A stretch of DNA of 64,000 nt from an uncultured Candidatus Peribacteria bacterium (GCA_964504915.1 CAZDFH010000006.1:4356-68355), one strand, 5' to 3'. Counted from the first letter of the stretch, positions 10,363-20,912 are shown. The notes: generated by a model from the sequence alone, not told the origin. A program made the numbers and translations.

Positions 10363-10599
10363 ATGCAAAATTTTGAACAAACATTACATGCGATGATTAC
10401 AGTAATCGCAGCTCTTAAGAAAACACAACAAGGATTTACCTGTTTAGAAACAGACTTTCTTGGTATGGGGAGCTTTCTTTCCAAACAGCGAAATAATCCG
10501 CTTTGGAAACCAACCCTTGATAGTGTTCATGCTGAAGTAGAGATAATACAGAATACTGTAGAAGCTTATTGCCAGCAGGAGGAAGCTGTGGCTGCCTAA
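10363..10599 (+). CDS. Hypothetical protein (78 aa)
   Basis: An intact ORF with a TAA stop, followed by a terminator. Confidence 0.4.
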   Translation: MQNFEQTLHAMITVIAALKKTQQGFTCLETDFLGMGSFLSKQRNNPLWKPTLDSVHAEVEIIQNTVEAYCQQEEAVAA

Positions 10600-10637
10600 T
10601 TGCGTTTATCGCTAGAGACATTTATGTGTCAAATTAT

Positions 10638-10659
10638 TCCCCTTCATGGGGATTTTTTT
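10638..10659 (+). terminator. Rho-independent terminator
   Basis: TCCCC-TTCAT-GGGGA followed by TTTTTTT. Confidence 0.6.
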
Positions 10660-10716
10660 GTTAGTAAAAAATAGCATGAGTTTATATATGCATATATTGC
10701 TTCTCACAAAACACAC

Positions 10717-10744
10717 TTGACAATATAGACAAAATAGATATAAC
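10717..10744 (+). promoter_or_regulatory. Sigma-70-type promoter (TTGACA-16-TATAAC)
   Basis: Hexamers at 10717-10722 and 10739-10744, 31 nt upstream of the start at 10775. Confidence 0.5.
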
Positions 10745-10774
10745 AGAAACTGTTTATATCTTAACCATGTTATT

Positions 10775-11278
10775 ATGGTAAATAATCAGAAATCTTTTGT
10801 TCTTCCAGATGATTTGGCAGATAAAATTTCTCCGTCAGATCACGATCCCATACAAGAAGCCAAAGCAAAAAAAGAAAAGGAAGCTGCTGAGTTAGCTGAT
10901 TTGTATTTTGGAGTGAAGGAAGTCTTAGAAAATACCAAACTTCAAGAGGCATGTAAAGACTGATCAATTTTGGTCAAGAAAGATCCGTGATTAACAGAAC
11001 AGAATTTATATTTATGATATGCCGATGCTATCGTTGATGGTATGGGATTTTGTTTTTTTAGAGATTGGGCAGGAAATACTAATACTGACAAAAAAACGAG
11101 GACGGTAAGATTAGATGACATTTGTTTTAAGCTTCATGTAAGTAACAATATTAGACAAGATTTTGATATACACTCAAGTGATGAATTATATAAACTTGTT
11201 ATTGCTGCCGTTACGGCAAAGTATCAGAAAGCAAGCCAAGACATAACTAACGAAAATTTAAAAGAAGTGATAAAATAA
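10775..11278 (+). CDS. Hypothetical protein (167 aa)
   Basis: Track ORFs 10775-10963 and 11042-11278 are in the same frame, joined through three TGA with no TAA/TAG (checked). Confidence 0.5.
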
Positions 11279-11335
11279 AGATATCAAAATTATACGTATA
11301 AAAAAACCACCCCGCTTGTCGAGATGGCTTCCTTG

Positions 11336-11410
11336 GTCTATCAAGTCTAAGGTCCTTAAAGTCCATAAAGTCATCTGACCTTATAGACTTGAAGACTTTC
11401 GACTTTAGAC
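11336..11410. repeat. AAGTC-word repeat block downstream of dnaK
   Basis: Sequence ...TCAAGTCTAAGGTCCTTAAAGTCCATAAAGTCATCTGACC..GACTTGAAGACTTTCGACTTTAGAC. The 15-mer AAAGTCCATAAAGTC recurs (complement strand) inside leuS at about 48255-48270. Confidence 0.75.
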
Positions 11411-11417
11411 TATTTTT

Positions 11418-13304
11418 TTATGCATTGATTACTTCTCCTTCTACAGTTCCTCATTCTTTTCCAGCTTCCAATTCATCATCTGGCTTTGGCGCTTCAGCTG
11501 TAGGAGCTGCTTGATACTTATTATACAACTCTGCGAATTCTTTCTGGACCCTATCGATTTCTGATTCTAATTCTTCCTTGGTGACATCTTCTTTGTCCTT
11601 AATTGTTTTACAATCAGCAATAAGTTTATTTACTTTCTCTTTATCTTCCGTTGGGATCTTGTCCTTTTGCTCAGACATCATTTGTTCCATCTGGTAGACA
11701 AGTGCTTCGAGTCTATTTTTCGTCTCTACCAATTCTCTTCTCTTGCGATCTTCTTCAGCAAACTTTTCTGCTTCAGCTTTTGCTTTGGTGATATCTTCAT
11801 CTGAGATATTTGTAGATCCTTCGATTCTATGATTGATCTCTTTACCAGTAGATTTTTCCTTGGCAGTGACGTTTAATATTCCATTCGCATCGATATCAAA
11901 TGATACTTCGATCTGAGGTTGTCCTCTTCTCATCATTGGGATGCCTTCCAAGTTAAACATTCCGAGATCCTTATTATCTCTCGCGAATTGTCTTTCTCCT
12001 TGCGTCACATGGACAGTTACTGCAGTCTGATTGTCCGCTGCTGTCGTGAAGGTATTTTCTTTCTTTGCTGGAATAGTCGTATTTCTTGGGATCATCACAT
12101 GAGCTAATCCTCATTCAACCTCAACAGCTAGACTCAATGGTGTTACATCCAGAAGCAAAATATCTTTCACATCTCCTTGGATAATTCCTCCTTGGATAGA
12201 TGCTCCTTGAGCGACTGATTCATCTGGATTGACGGTAGCTTTTGGCTCGATACCAAAGATGTCCTTTACTAATGTCAAAACAGCTGGCATTCTTGTCGAA
12301 CCTCCAACTAAGATGACTTCATTGATATCTGATTTCTTGAGTTTAGAATCTTGCAATGCTTGTGTACATGGTGTCTTACATCTATCGAAGAGGTCTTTAC
12401 ACATATTTTCAAACTGAGCTCTCGTCAAGGATTCCTCGAGATTTCTTGGTAGTCCGTCCTTCCCCGTAATGATAAATGGGATAGAGATATCTACTCTTTC
12501 TGTCTGAGATAATTGATGCTTTGCCGCTTCTGCTTCGTTCTTGATTCTTTGCATTGCCATTGCATTTTCTTTGAGATCTATTCCTTCTTTGAGTTTAAAT
12601 TGTTCTACTAAGAAATTGATAATTCTCTGATCAAAGTCAGCTCCACCTAAGTGAGTATCTCCACTTGTAGACAATACTTGGAATGTTCCTTCAGCTCCGA
12701 TTTCAAGGACAGAGACATCAAACGTTCCTCATCCAAGATCAAAGACGACGATCTTAGCATCTTTATTTTTTCCTTCACCATACGCTAACGATGCCGCTGT
12801 TGGTTCGTTGATAATTCTCTCTACTTTTAATCCTGCGATTTCACCAGCAGCTTTGGTAGCATTTCTTTGGCTGTCGTTAAAATATGCAGGCACGGTAATA
12901 ACGGCTTGCGTGATAGGAGTCCCGAGAAATTTCTCTGCATCCTCCTTCAATTTTTGCAAGACGAACGCCGAAATTTGTTCTGGTTTGTATTCTTTTTTTC
13001 CGATGACGATCAATACGCCACCATCTTTGTCTTCCTTGATTTTGTAAGGAAGTGATTCTTTCTCTACGACTTCGCTGTACTTTCTTCCGATAAATCTTTT
13101 GACTTCGTAGATGACATTTGTTGGCTCTAAAATAGCCTTTCTTTTGGCAAGATCTCCGACGAGCAATTCATCTCCTTTGATATAGACGACAGATGGAGTA
13201 GTTCTTTTGCCTTCAGCATTTGCGATGACTTCAGATTTATCTCCCATCATGTACGATACACAAGAGTTGGTCGTTCCAAGATCGATTCCGATAATTTTTC
13301 ACAT
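11418..13304 (-). CDS. dnaK: Molecular chaperone DnaK (Hsp70)
   Basis: M[TGA][12 protein letters not shown]; DLG[TGA]GTFD at 12729-12731; the three track ORFs are in frame. The track 'stop' at 11451-11453 is TGA, and the true stop is TAA at 11418-11420. There is no in-frame CGA or CGG in the whole gene. Confidence 0.95.
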
Positions 13305-13359
13305 TGTGTAGTAGTATTAATATATAAAAAGGTTAGGTAACAAGCTAATTTAAAAAAAG

Positions 13360-13388
13360 CGTAGCACGTATAGTATAATCATGCTACG
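13360..13388. promoter_or_regulatory. CIRCE-like inverted repeat upstream of dnaK
   Basis: CGTAGCA-N15-TGCTACG (core TAGCAC..N..TGCTA), compared with the CIRCE consensus TTAGCACTC-N9-GAGTGCTAA. It lies 56 nt upstream of the dnaK ATG. Confidence 0.45.
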
Positions 13389-13459
13389 TAAAAAATCAAG
13401 AGATTTTTTGAGGAAAAAGATTGAGGCCTCGGGGTGGATATTTTTCATTCCCCAAATAT

Positions 13460-13487
13460 TTGACAAATAAATTATTTGGGATATAAT
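13460..13487 (+). promoter_or_regulatory. Consensus sigma-70 promoter (TTGACA-16-TATAAT)
   Basis: Perfect hexamers at 13460-13465 and 13482-13487, 36 nt upstream of the ATG at 13523. Confidence 0.65.
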
Positions 13488-13522
13488 TAGTTGAATAATT
13501 TTTTATTCTTTCACTATTGCCG

Positions 13523-15043
13523 ATGAAAAAATCTGCATCAATTGCTTTCTTAAAGTATGCTGTACTTTTTGTTTTTGGTCTTTCTGCAGTATATTTTGCC
13601 TCTGCATATACCACTATCAATACTACACTCACTAATGCTACTCAGTTTATTCAAAAGATCATTTTGACAGATGATGGCAATCAAAGTGGAGTCACTGGTA
13701 TTGTGCTGGATGGATTAAGTGGAGATGTTACCATAAATCACAAACTAAGATTCTTGAATGCTTTGGATAATTGATCATATACTGCTGATATTATATGATG
13801 ACCATTAGGCTTACAAATGTTTGGTGGTAGCTGAAATATATGATTGACTGTGTGAAATGATGCTTATTGATTTGGATATCTTGGGTTACTACACGATACT
13901 AATGATGACTGAAATAGGTTTTATGTCATTGTTAGTACTACCTGAAATTCTATTGCTGGTAAAATATCTTTTCAACAAAATGCATGAGATCCCTCATCTT
14001 TGGATAGATATGTAATTTCTCATTCTTGAGAACACCATTGGTATACTTCAAATTCATGAGTATATGCTATAGAAAGAATGACTATCGTCGATAATGGAAA
14101 TGTTGGTATCTGAACTAGTACGCCAACAGATAATAAGTTGCAGATTGAATGAAATATTAGCTCACGAGGATTTATCGCAAGATGAATCTGAGTAAGTGCC
14201 AATGGAACTGGTGCTACAGCGATGGGAAATAGTACACAAGCAAATGGTGATTATTCTACAGCAATGGGAAATCAAACAGAAGCTAATTGAGATGTTTCGA
14301 CCACAATGTGAATGTGGACTCAAGCAGATGGCTTGGCTTCTTTGGCCATGGGTGATGCTACACATGCAAGTGGCGATTATTCTACAGCAATGGGATACGA
14401 TACCATAGCTAACTGACATTACTCTACAGCTTTATGAAAATATAATGTCTGATTGCCTAATAGTATATTTGAGATTGGAATTGGGAATACATGAAGTCGT
14501 TTGAATGCTATTACTGTCCTTGTCTCTGGAAATGTTGGTATCTGAAATAATAATCCACAATATCCGTTACATGTAGATGGTAGTGCTAAAGTTGATGGAA
14601 CCTTTTTTGCACATGAGGCACGTTTTGGAACATTACTTAATTTATGATATAATCTTAATGTAGATGGATGAGCGAATATTGACAGTTGGTTGTATGTGAC
14701 AGGTAGTAGAGTAGGTATTGGTACATCGACTCCAAGTCAAGCCTTGGAAGTAAATGGGAATATTCAGATGTCATTTCCTAGTACATGGATTGGACAAATT
14801 GCTAACCAAGTTTACTTTGCCTCTAGTGGTAAGGTTGGTATTGATACCGCATCACCAGATGCTCTGCTTACTGTAGAATGAGGTATTAGACCAATCAAAT
14901 TAACTTCTACTCCTTGTGGTAATACTGCGAATTATCCTGAATGAACAATGTTTTATAATAGTACTAGTCATTATTATTGTTTCTGTAATGGATCTGGTAG
15001 TACAGCTCGTAAGATTGCTGATGAAAGTGTAAGTTGTTTCTAG
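13523..15043 (+). CDS. Secreted adhesin or tail-fibre-like protein with YadA-head-like repeats
   Basis: Signal-like N-terminus MKKSASIAFLKYAVLFVFGLSAVYFASA. Frame 2 is open from 13523 to TAG at 15041, with more than 25 internal TGA (checked). It has repeats ...AMGNSTQANGDYSTAMGNQTEAN[G]D.. and four copies of G(N/K/R)VGIGTSTP..L.V.G. Confidence 0.65.
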
Positions 15044-15091
15044 GAGTGCATTTTGGACATCACACAATTTTATTTAATCAGCAACGATCAC

Positions 15092-17107
15092 ATGAAACAT
15101 ATCGTCAAAAAATATCTACAATGGATTATCTGACTAGGGATATTTCTCTGATGAGTAACTACAGTCTATATAGTAGTTGCCCAGGTCACTACAGAACTCC
15201 GTTGGAATGATCAACTCACTACGCAGTTTGGATCTACTATTTTTGTCTATCGTGCAGATATTGATTTCAAATATGGTGGTAATCAAAAAATTGGTACCTA
15301 TATGCCTAGGACTGCTGTAGCGCTTTCTAGTCCTGAGTCAGTGACTCTGAGCTGATGAGTTACTGGCCTCTGTTATAGTCAAATTAGGGGTATTTATTAT
15401 AATAATGAAAGATGAGAAAGAGCTCGACCTCTTGACCAAAATACTCTTACAGGTCTACAAGCTATAGATACTTCTTATAGTGGATTGCAATTGGCTGGTG
15501 GTTTTTTCACTAATTGTACTGGGCTTGGTGGGACTTCAGCAAATGTATATGGGCAGATTACTATGACATATCATACTACCGTGTATTATCTGATGGCTGG
15601 TACTACATATAATTTCCCAGCTAATATTCATGGATCTAGTTTATCTTGATCTTTGGAGTTTACTAATAATGTACTGAGCTGATATCTCTGGGATAGTTAT
15701 GGTGGTATCGGTGAAATACTAGGAAGTTCGTGATGCGTAGATGCTCGGAGTCCTGCTCCAGATACCGTATGTTCTGGGACAGTCTTTACTCAGACCAGTG
15801 TCTGTGGTAATACGCAAACGCTTACTTGAACTATGTTTTGTAATGGATGGACTTGAAAAATTATCAATCCACTTCATCTGAATGGTTTAGATATCTTTAC
15901 TGGATCTGTACAAATTTCGTGATTCACATTCTCAGGTTTTGTCTTCCATTCTACATGAGGTTTCCACGTTATCTCTACAGGATCCGTATACAACTCTCTG
16001 ATTATCAATGCAAGTGGACTTACCATTCGTGCTCTATCAGGTACTTGGGATGGTACATTGATTCCACCGACCGCCATCACTGGTGGAGATACTAGAAATG
16101 CTGTGTTTGGTGAATCAGGACTTCCTGTACAGACATGATGATCTACAACTAGGGCCATTCTTCTGACTGTCCAAGCTGGGGCGACTACAGACTCTCTCGT
16201 CGCGAGTGGATCATTATTTAGAGTAAATTTTGTTGTAAGCGCTGGGATAGCAGGGAATACATTAAAGATATATAGATCTGAAGATGGTACTACTTGGACT
16301 CCTAATACACCTGATCTTACTTGTATCTTAGATAGCGATCTAGTGTGTAGTTTTGATACAGATCACTTTTCTTACTTTGCTCCTATCAAGGAAACCACGG
16401 TAAGTAGTAGTTCCTACTGAGGTAGTAATTCTCTTGTTCGTGATGATTGTGTAGTACATACTACTCCTAGTTTATCTTGATCTAATGCTGATGGGATAGA
16501 TTATTCTCCAAGCTATTATGACCATACGTGTGAGTGACCAAAGAGTACTCTACAACGTACAGGTACTTCACTATCATGTTCGATATATACTGCTGAATTA
16601 AACAGAGCTTATTTATTTGCACGTAGTTTTGATATCACTACTATAGATCAATGTAAAAATGTGAATATCAAAGGTCATCTTATTAGAAAAGATCTTGCAA
16701 AAATGATGGTTAACTTTGCTGAAAATGTCTTTGGCAGAACTGGAGTCCTTGTAGATGATGATAGATGTACTTCTTTTGATGATATCTCTCAGGAAACTTC
16801 ATCCACTAAAGCATATATCCAAAAAGCGTGTGCCTATGGGTTGATGTGACTGGAGCCAGATGGTGTTACTCCTTCAGCTACCTTTAGTCCCAATGGTAAG
16901 ATCAATAGAGCTCAGTTTGGTACTATACTTTCTAGATTCATCTGGTGATCACTTAATAATACAGATGATAAAACTCTCTATTATTCCAAACATTTAAAGG
17001 CACTTCAGAGCATAGGTATTATGAAAAAAATCGATACTCCTACGATGCAAGAATTGAGATGATGGGTCATGCTTACCATGCAAAGAATTTATACAAAAAC
17101 GAAATAA
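15092..17107 (+). CDS. Large secreted surface protein with C-terminal SLH-like repeats
   Basis: Frame 2 is open from 15092 to 17107 (checked), with an N-terminal TM/signal segment. The C-terminus FDDISQETSSTKAYIQKACAYGLM[G]LEPDG..FSPNGKINRAQFGTILSRF resembles S-layer-homology motifs. Confidence 0.6.
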
Positions 17108-17126
17108 TAATATCATAGATATATCT

Positions 17127-17152
17127 AAAAAAGCCCTAATTGGGGCTTTTTT
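17127..17152. terminator. Bidirectional Rho-independent terminator
   Basis: AAAAAAGCCC-TAATT-GGGGCTTTTTT lies between convergent genes ending at 17107 (+) and 17185 (-). Confidence 0.75.
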
Positions 17153-17184
17153 GTATTGTTGAGAATGTCTTTCTATGTGAGTGG

Positions 17185-17706
17185 TTATTTTCTCTCTCTT
17201 ATGACTCTAATTCCATCAGTAAGTTCATTAACATCTTGTCCCATAGCAGCGAGATTAAATGCATTCTCAAATGCTTTAAGATTTTTTTGCTTTTGCTCTG
17301 GTGATATCGTATCTAGTTCATCATTGGGAGCACTATATATGATATCAGCAATTCCTGTCATATCGTGTGCCTGAGATAGAGTAGACAAATTATTACAATC
17401 AATAAACTTATGTTCTATAAGACTCAAGATAAATCTGGCTTCGGCAGAGAGCAAACTCTGATCCAGATGCCCTTGGTTTTCTATGCCAAAAGCACAGGCT
17501 TCTTGGATAGCCTCATTTATTTTTATATATGTATTGTACGTTTTTTCTGGTGTCCTTTTCAATGCCTTTCTTCAATTAATGTCTGTCTGCTCTAAATCAT
17601 GAGAAAGTTCTTTTCATGTATATTGTTGACAACCAGTCAGATAGAGAGTTCCCGCTACTGCACATGGTAATACTATACTTTTCAATGATAATCATCCTTT
17701 CAACAT
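17185..17706 (-). CDS. Putative lipoprotein (173 aa)
   Basis: ATG at 17706. ..VAGTLYLTGC is lipobox-like. It is in frame with track ORF 17185-17562 and ends in TAA. Confidence 0.55.
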
Positions 17707-17771
17707 CTAAAGAAAAAGAGAGAATAAAGTGCTCTCTTTATACATATTTACTATAAAAAGTCAATCGACCT

Positions 17772-17993
17772 TTATTCACCAGGGCATTTTGCAAATTCGC
17801 AATTCGGCTCAGTTCTTCCTACAGCACTTCCATCAGGGCAAAGCTTTGCTTCTTCAGTGCATGCTTGTGGCTGTGTCGGAGCTGGCTGGACTTGGATAGG
17901 ATGGGTAATGATTGGCTGAGATGATTTGGATGTCATGCTACAGCCAGTAAGGATAAGAGATATTCATATTCACATAACCAGTAATTTTTTCAT
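17772..17993 (-). CDS. Small putative lipoprotein with a Cys-rich C-terminal module
   Basis: MKKLLVM[G]I[G]ISLILTGC lipobox, followed by ACTEEAKLCPDGSAVGRTEPNCEFAKCP. Confidence 0.5.
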
Positions 17994-18001
17994 GATGTAT
18001 T

Positions 18002-18095
18002 GGGTAAAATGGGTAAAATGAGATATGGGTAAAATGAGTTTGTCTGTTACCTATTACCTATTAACTATTAACTGTTATCTGTTACCTGTTATCTC
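18002..18095. repeat. Word-repeat block (GGGTAAAAT x3, then GTTACCT/TTAACTA/GTTATCT words)
   Basis: Read directly from the sequence. The block spans the junction of two minus-strand genes and overlaps the last codons and stop of the gene at 18075-18599. Confidence 0.85.
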
Positions 18096-18599
18096 TACGG
18101 TATACTTATATTCTTTGATCTTCTTCCCTTGTGCTTTTGCTTTGTCTATCGTGTCTTGAGTTCACTTGCTTGCGTTGACATGAAAGGCTATAATTTCATC
18201 AGATGCATTCACGATGTCGGTATTGCGGGCATAATAGGTTTCTTCATTACATTCGATTGAATGAGTGTTTTCTATAATTGCTTGAGGATTTTTATGTTGT
18301 AATTCTTTGAGCTGGTGTGTAAGTGTGTCTGCTTGGTCTAGAGTGATTACTCATTCTTCTGCTCTTTGATGCATATGCTTGTCGTATATTTCTACGGTGG
18401 TTGGCAGAAATATTTTGATCTGCTTCCCTGTCGGATCTAAGGTCATAGCAGTGTCTGTAGCAATGAAATCTACACCTAATGCTCCGCCTGTTATGATCCC
18501 ATCACCGTTTTGTATAATAGCAGAAATTTCTGATCTCACCTCACGTGTGACCTCTTCGTTGACGGTTCTCCGACTTCCTGTGATTCAGATTCGTTTCAT
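18075..18599 (-). CDS. SLOG/DprA-like Rossmann-fold protein (GGAxGxD motif)
   Basis: MKRI[G]ITGSRR...IITGGALGVDFIATD. Two internal TGA and a TAA stop. Confidence 0.55.
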
Positions 18600-18625
18600 A
18601 TTTTTTTTAATATTCTGAAAATGTT

Positions 18626-18943
18626 TTACTCATTCTCTGATCATGCGTGGCCTCATTTTTTTATTCTCTTTTCATATTTCTCTATTACCATATCCAATGA
18701 TTTCGTGAGGTCGATATCGTAAAAATTTGCTACCGTTATTAATGAATAGAATGCATCACCGAGTTCCATTCTAATTTCTTCTCTAAACTCTGGCTCCTTG
18801 GTGCCATACCCTGACATCTTGCTTATCTCCTTGGCTACTTCACCTATTTCATCTACGAGATCAAGCATCCTGTATTCGACAGGATTGTTCATATTATTTT
18901 CATCCATAAATTTTTTTACCTTGAGTTGGAAATCACTGGTCAT
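18626..18943 (-). CDS. MazG-like all-alpha nucleotide pyrophosphohydrolase
   Basis: LDLVDEIGEVAKEI ... ELGDAFYSLITVANFYDIDL (the EExxE/D-type pairs of the MazG fold). The track stop at 18653 is TGA, and the true TAA is at 18626. Confidence 0.6.
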
Positions 18944-18970
18944 GATTATGTATTAAGGATAAAGATTATG

Positions 18971-19435
18971 TTACTTTTTTAGAAGTTTGGAATAGCTTTT
19001 TTCCGTAACAGTGTACTTATCTTCTCATTCCTTAGATACTAAATATACTTTCAGCTTTAATAATTTCCAGCCATATGTCATTTTCTTGATTTTATTTCTA
19101 AACGTATTTTCCCAATCAGCAGGTATAGCAATTGCATAGAAACGAGCCTTTTTCGGGTTATTTCCCTCTATATCCATGCGAGACAAAATTTGTCATAGTA
19201 GTGTATAAAATGCATTATTTTTTACTTGTTCAGGATGTTTTCAACTTCATTTAGCCTCAATAAACAATCTTTTTCTCCACTTGCTATGTCGTGCGATAAT
19301 ATCACAACCATGCTCTCATTTTTTCTTTTCTTCTTTCTCTATAGATCGATTTTTATCATTGATGAGGTATTTTCTTACGCTCTTTTCCACTTCATGCTCT
19401 GTTAGAGATGTTATTGTTCCTTTGATTTTTGGCAT
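18971..19435 (-). CDS. PD-(D/E)xK (restriction-endonuclease-fold) protein
   Basis: GCDIIA..(x14)..LFIEAKG fits the D...(D/E)xK core. It has several internal TGA, two CGA, and a TAA stop. Confidence 0.45.
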
Positions 19436-19460
19436 AAAGTCACTTAGAAATTAAAAACCT

Positions 19461-19555
19461 CTCAACTCTCAACATGCCCACATATTTTAATTGGCTACGG
19501 AGACGCATGCAATGCGTCTTTACAGGAACATTGGTGTGGGCTTCAACTCTCAACC
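19461..19555. repeat. Palindromic repeat element, copy B (intergenic)
   Basis: CTCAACTCTCAAC-ATGCCCACA..GGCTACGG-AGACGCATGCAATGCGTCT..TGGTGTGGGC-TTCAACTCTCAACC. Direct CTCAAC-word flanks surround nested inverted repeats. Confidence 0.85.
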
Positions 19556-19556
19556 T

Positions 19557-20867
19557 TTATTCTATAATTCTTTTCTGCAAATATTTCGCAGCGTAAAATA
19601 ATATCATTCATTCGAGACCAATATACAGTAAGACCAAGAAGAAAATTAGCTCCCCGGGGAGAGTAGTATTTCGTAATAAAATAATATTTACTACAAGTGC
19701 TGCGACGGTCGCTACCAATCGATAGGTGTATTCGATAGGCGTGAAAATTTTGGCCAGCAGAGGAATCTTGTGTGCATAGAAAATCAGTGTTGCACTGACA
19801 ATATTTCGTAAAATGGTCCGACTTACTATCGCTCCTACATCACCATTAAAGTAAGAGAATAAGCTGATGTAGATAGCAAAATTGATTACCAAGAAGACGA
19901 CAAGATTTTGGATGATGCTGTTGTATCAAATCTTTTTTAGTAATAAGACGTTCATGACAAAGATGATGATAATCAGCCGATAGAAGATATGTGAAATATT
20001 GGCAAAGCCAGCAATATTGACGACGTAATAATAGATCAATGCAATGATGAGAATAATGTTCATCAGCTCTAGAAGCTTCTTTGCCAAACTTGGCATATCA
20101 AAGACGAAGTGATATATCTTCTGCTGAAACTCTGAGGAGAAACGCTTCTTGGCTGTCGTAATTCTTTCCCCTGCCAATATTCTTCTGACCGAAATATTCG
20201 CTTTCTTGTCTTCGCTGAGTGGTTTATGTTTCAGCACATTGAATATCCAGAAATAGACTCCTGTGAGTAATAAACTATTTAGTGTCAGTGCTACATAGAA
20301 ATTATTTACTCGATGAATAATGATGAGAATGATCGTTCACAATGTCCGTATTCCTAGTTTATATCGCAGATAGTCTTCCATATTTTCTTTAAGTCCGACG
20401 ACGAAGATGAGGAAACCCATGACTCCACACTGCATGACTCGGAGCATACTAAACGTATTCCAAAATCAGATACCTCCTTCAAAGACCGTCATGACGACGA
20501 TAAGAAATATACAGGAGAGATAGTAGCCGAGTTGAAATACCATCTTACCATCTTCATATTTGATGACATACGAACCTAGTCGAAGGAATAAATTTATTCC
20601 AATCAGTCCTAGACATGTCGATACTAAGCTCATTCAGAAAAAATTAAAGATGCCGACAAATCCTGCGAGAATAATAATCCATGCGATGAAGAGACTATAT
20701 CTCTGAAGTAAGTCAGAAGATTTTATTTTGATATTTTGAGTCACTCCGTAATATGCGAACAATATAGCCAAGATGATGATAGGCAAAAATCCTACAAACC
20801 ATAGGCCGATAGCATAGAAGTAGACCATAAATCAGATAATTCAGATGCATAGTGATAATAATGCCAT
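19557..20867 (-). CDS. Polytopic membrane protein (436 aa), function unknown
   Basis: Track ORFs 19608-19892, 19926-20237 and 20634-20828 are in the same frame, and the gaps are free of TAA/TAG (checked). There are at least 10 hydrophobic segments. The track stop at 19608 is TGA, and the real TAA is at 19557. Confidence 0.6.
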
Positions 20868-20870
20868 ATT

Positions 20871-20912
20871 GCAGTTAACGGGTTAAAGAGTTAATGAGTT
20901 AACGAGTTATGT
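20871..20912. repeat. GAGTTAA-word repeat block
   Basis: GCAGTTAACGGGTTAAAGAGTTAATGAGTTAACGAGTTATG, immediately upstream of the membrane-protein start. Confidence 0.75.
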
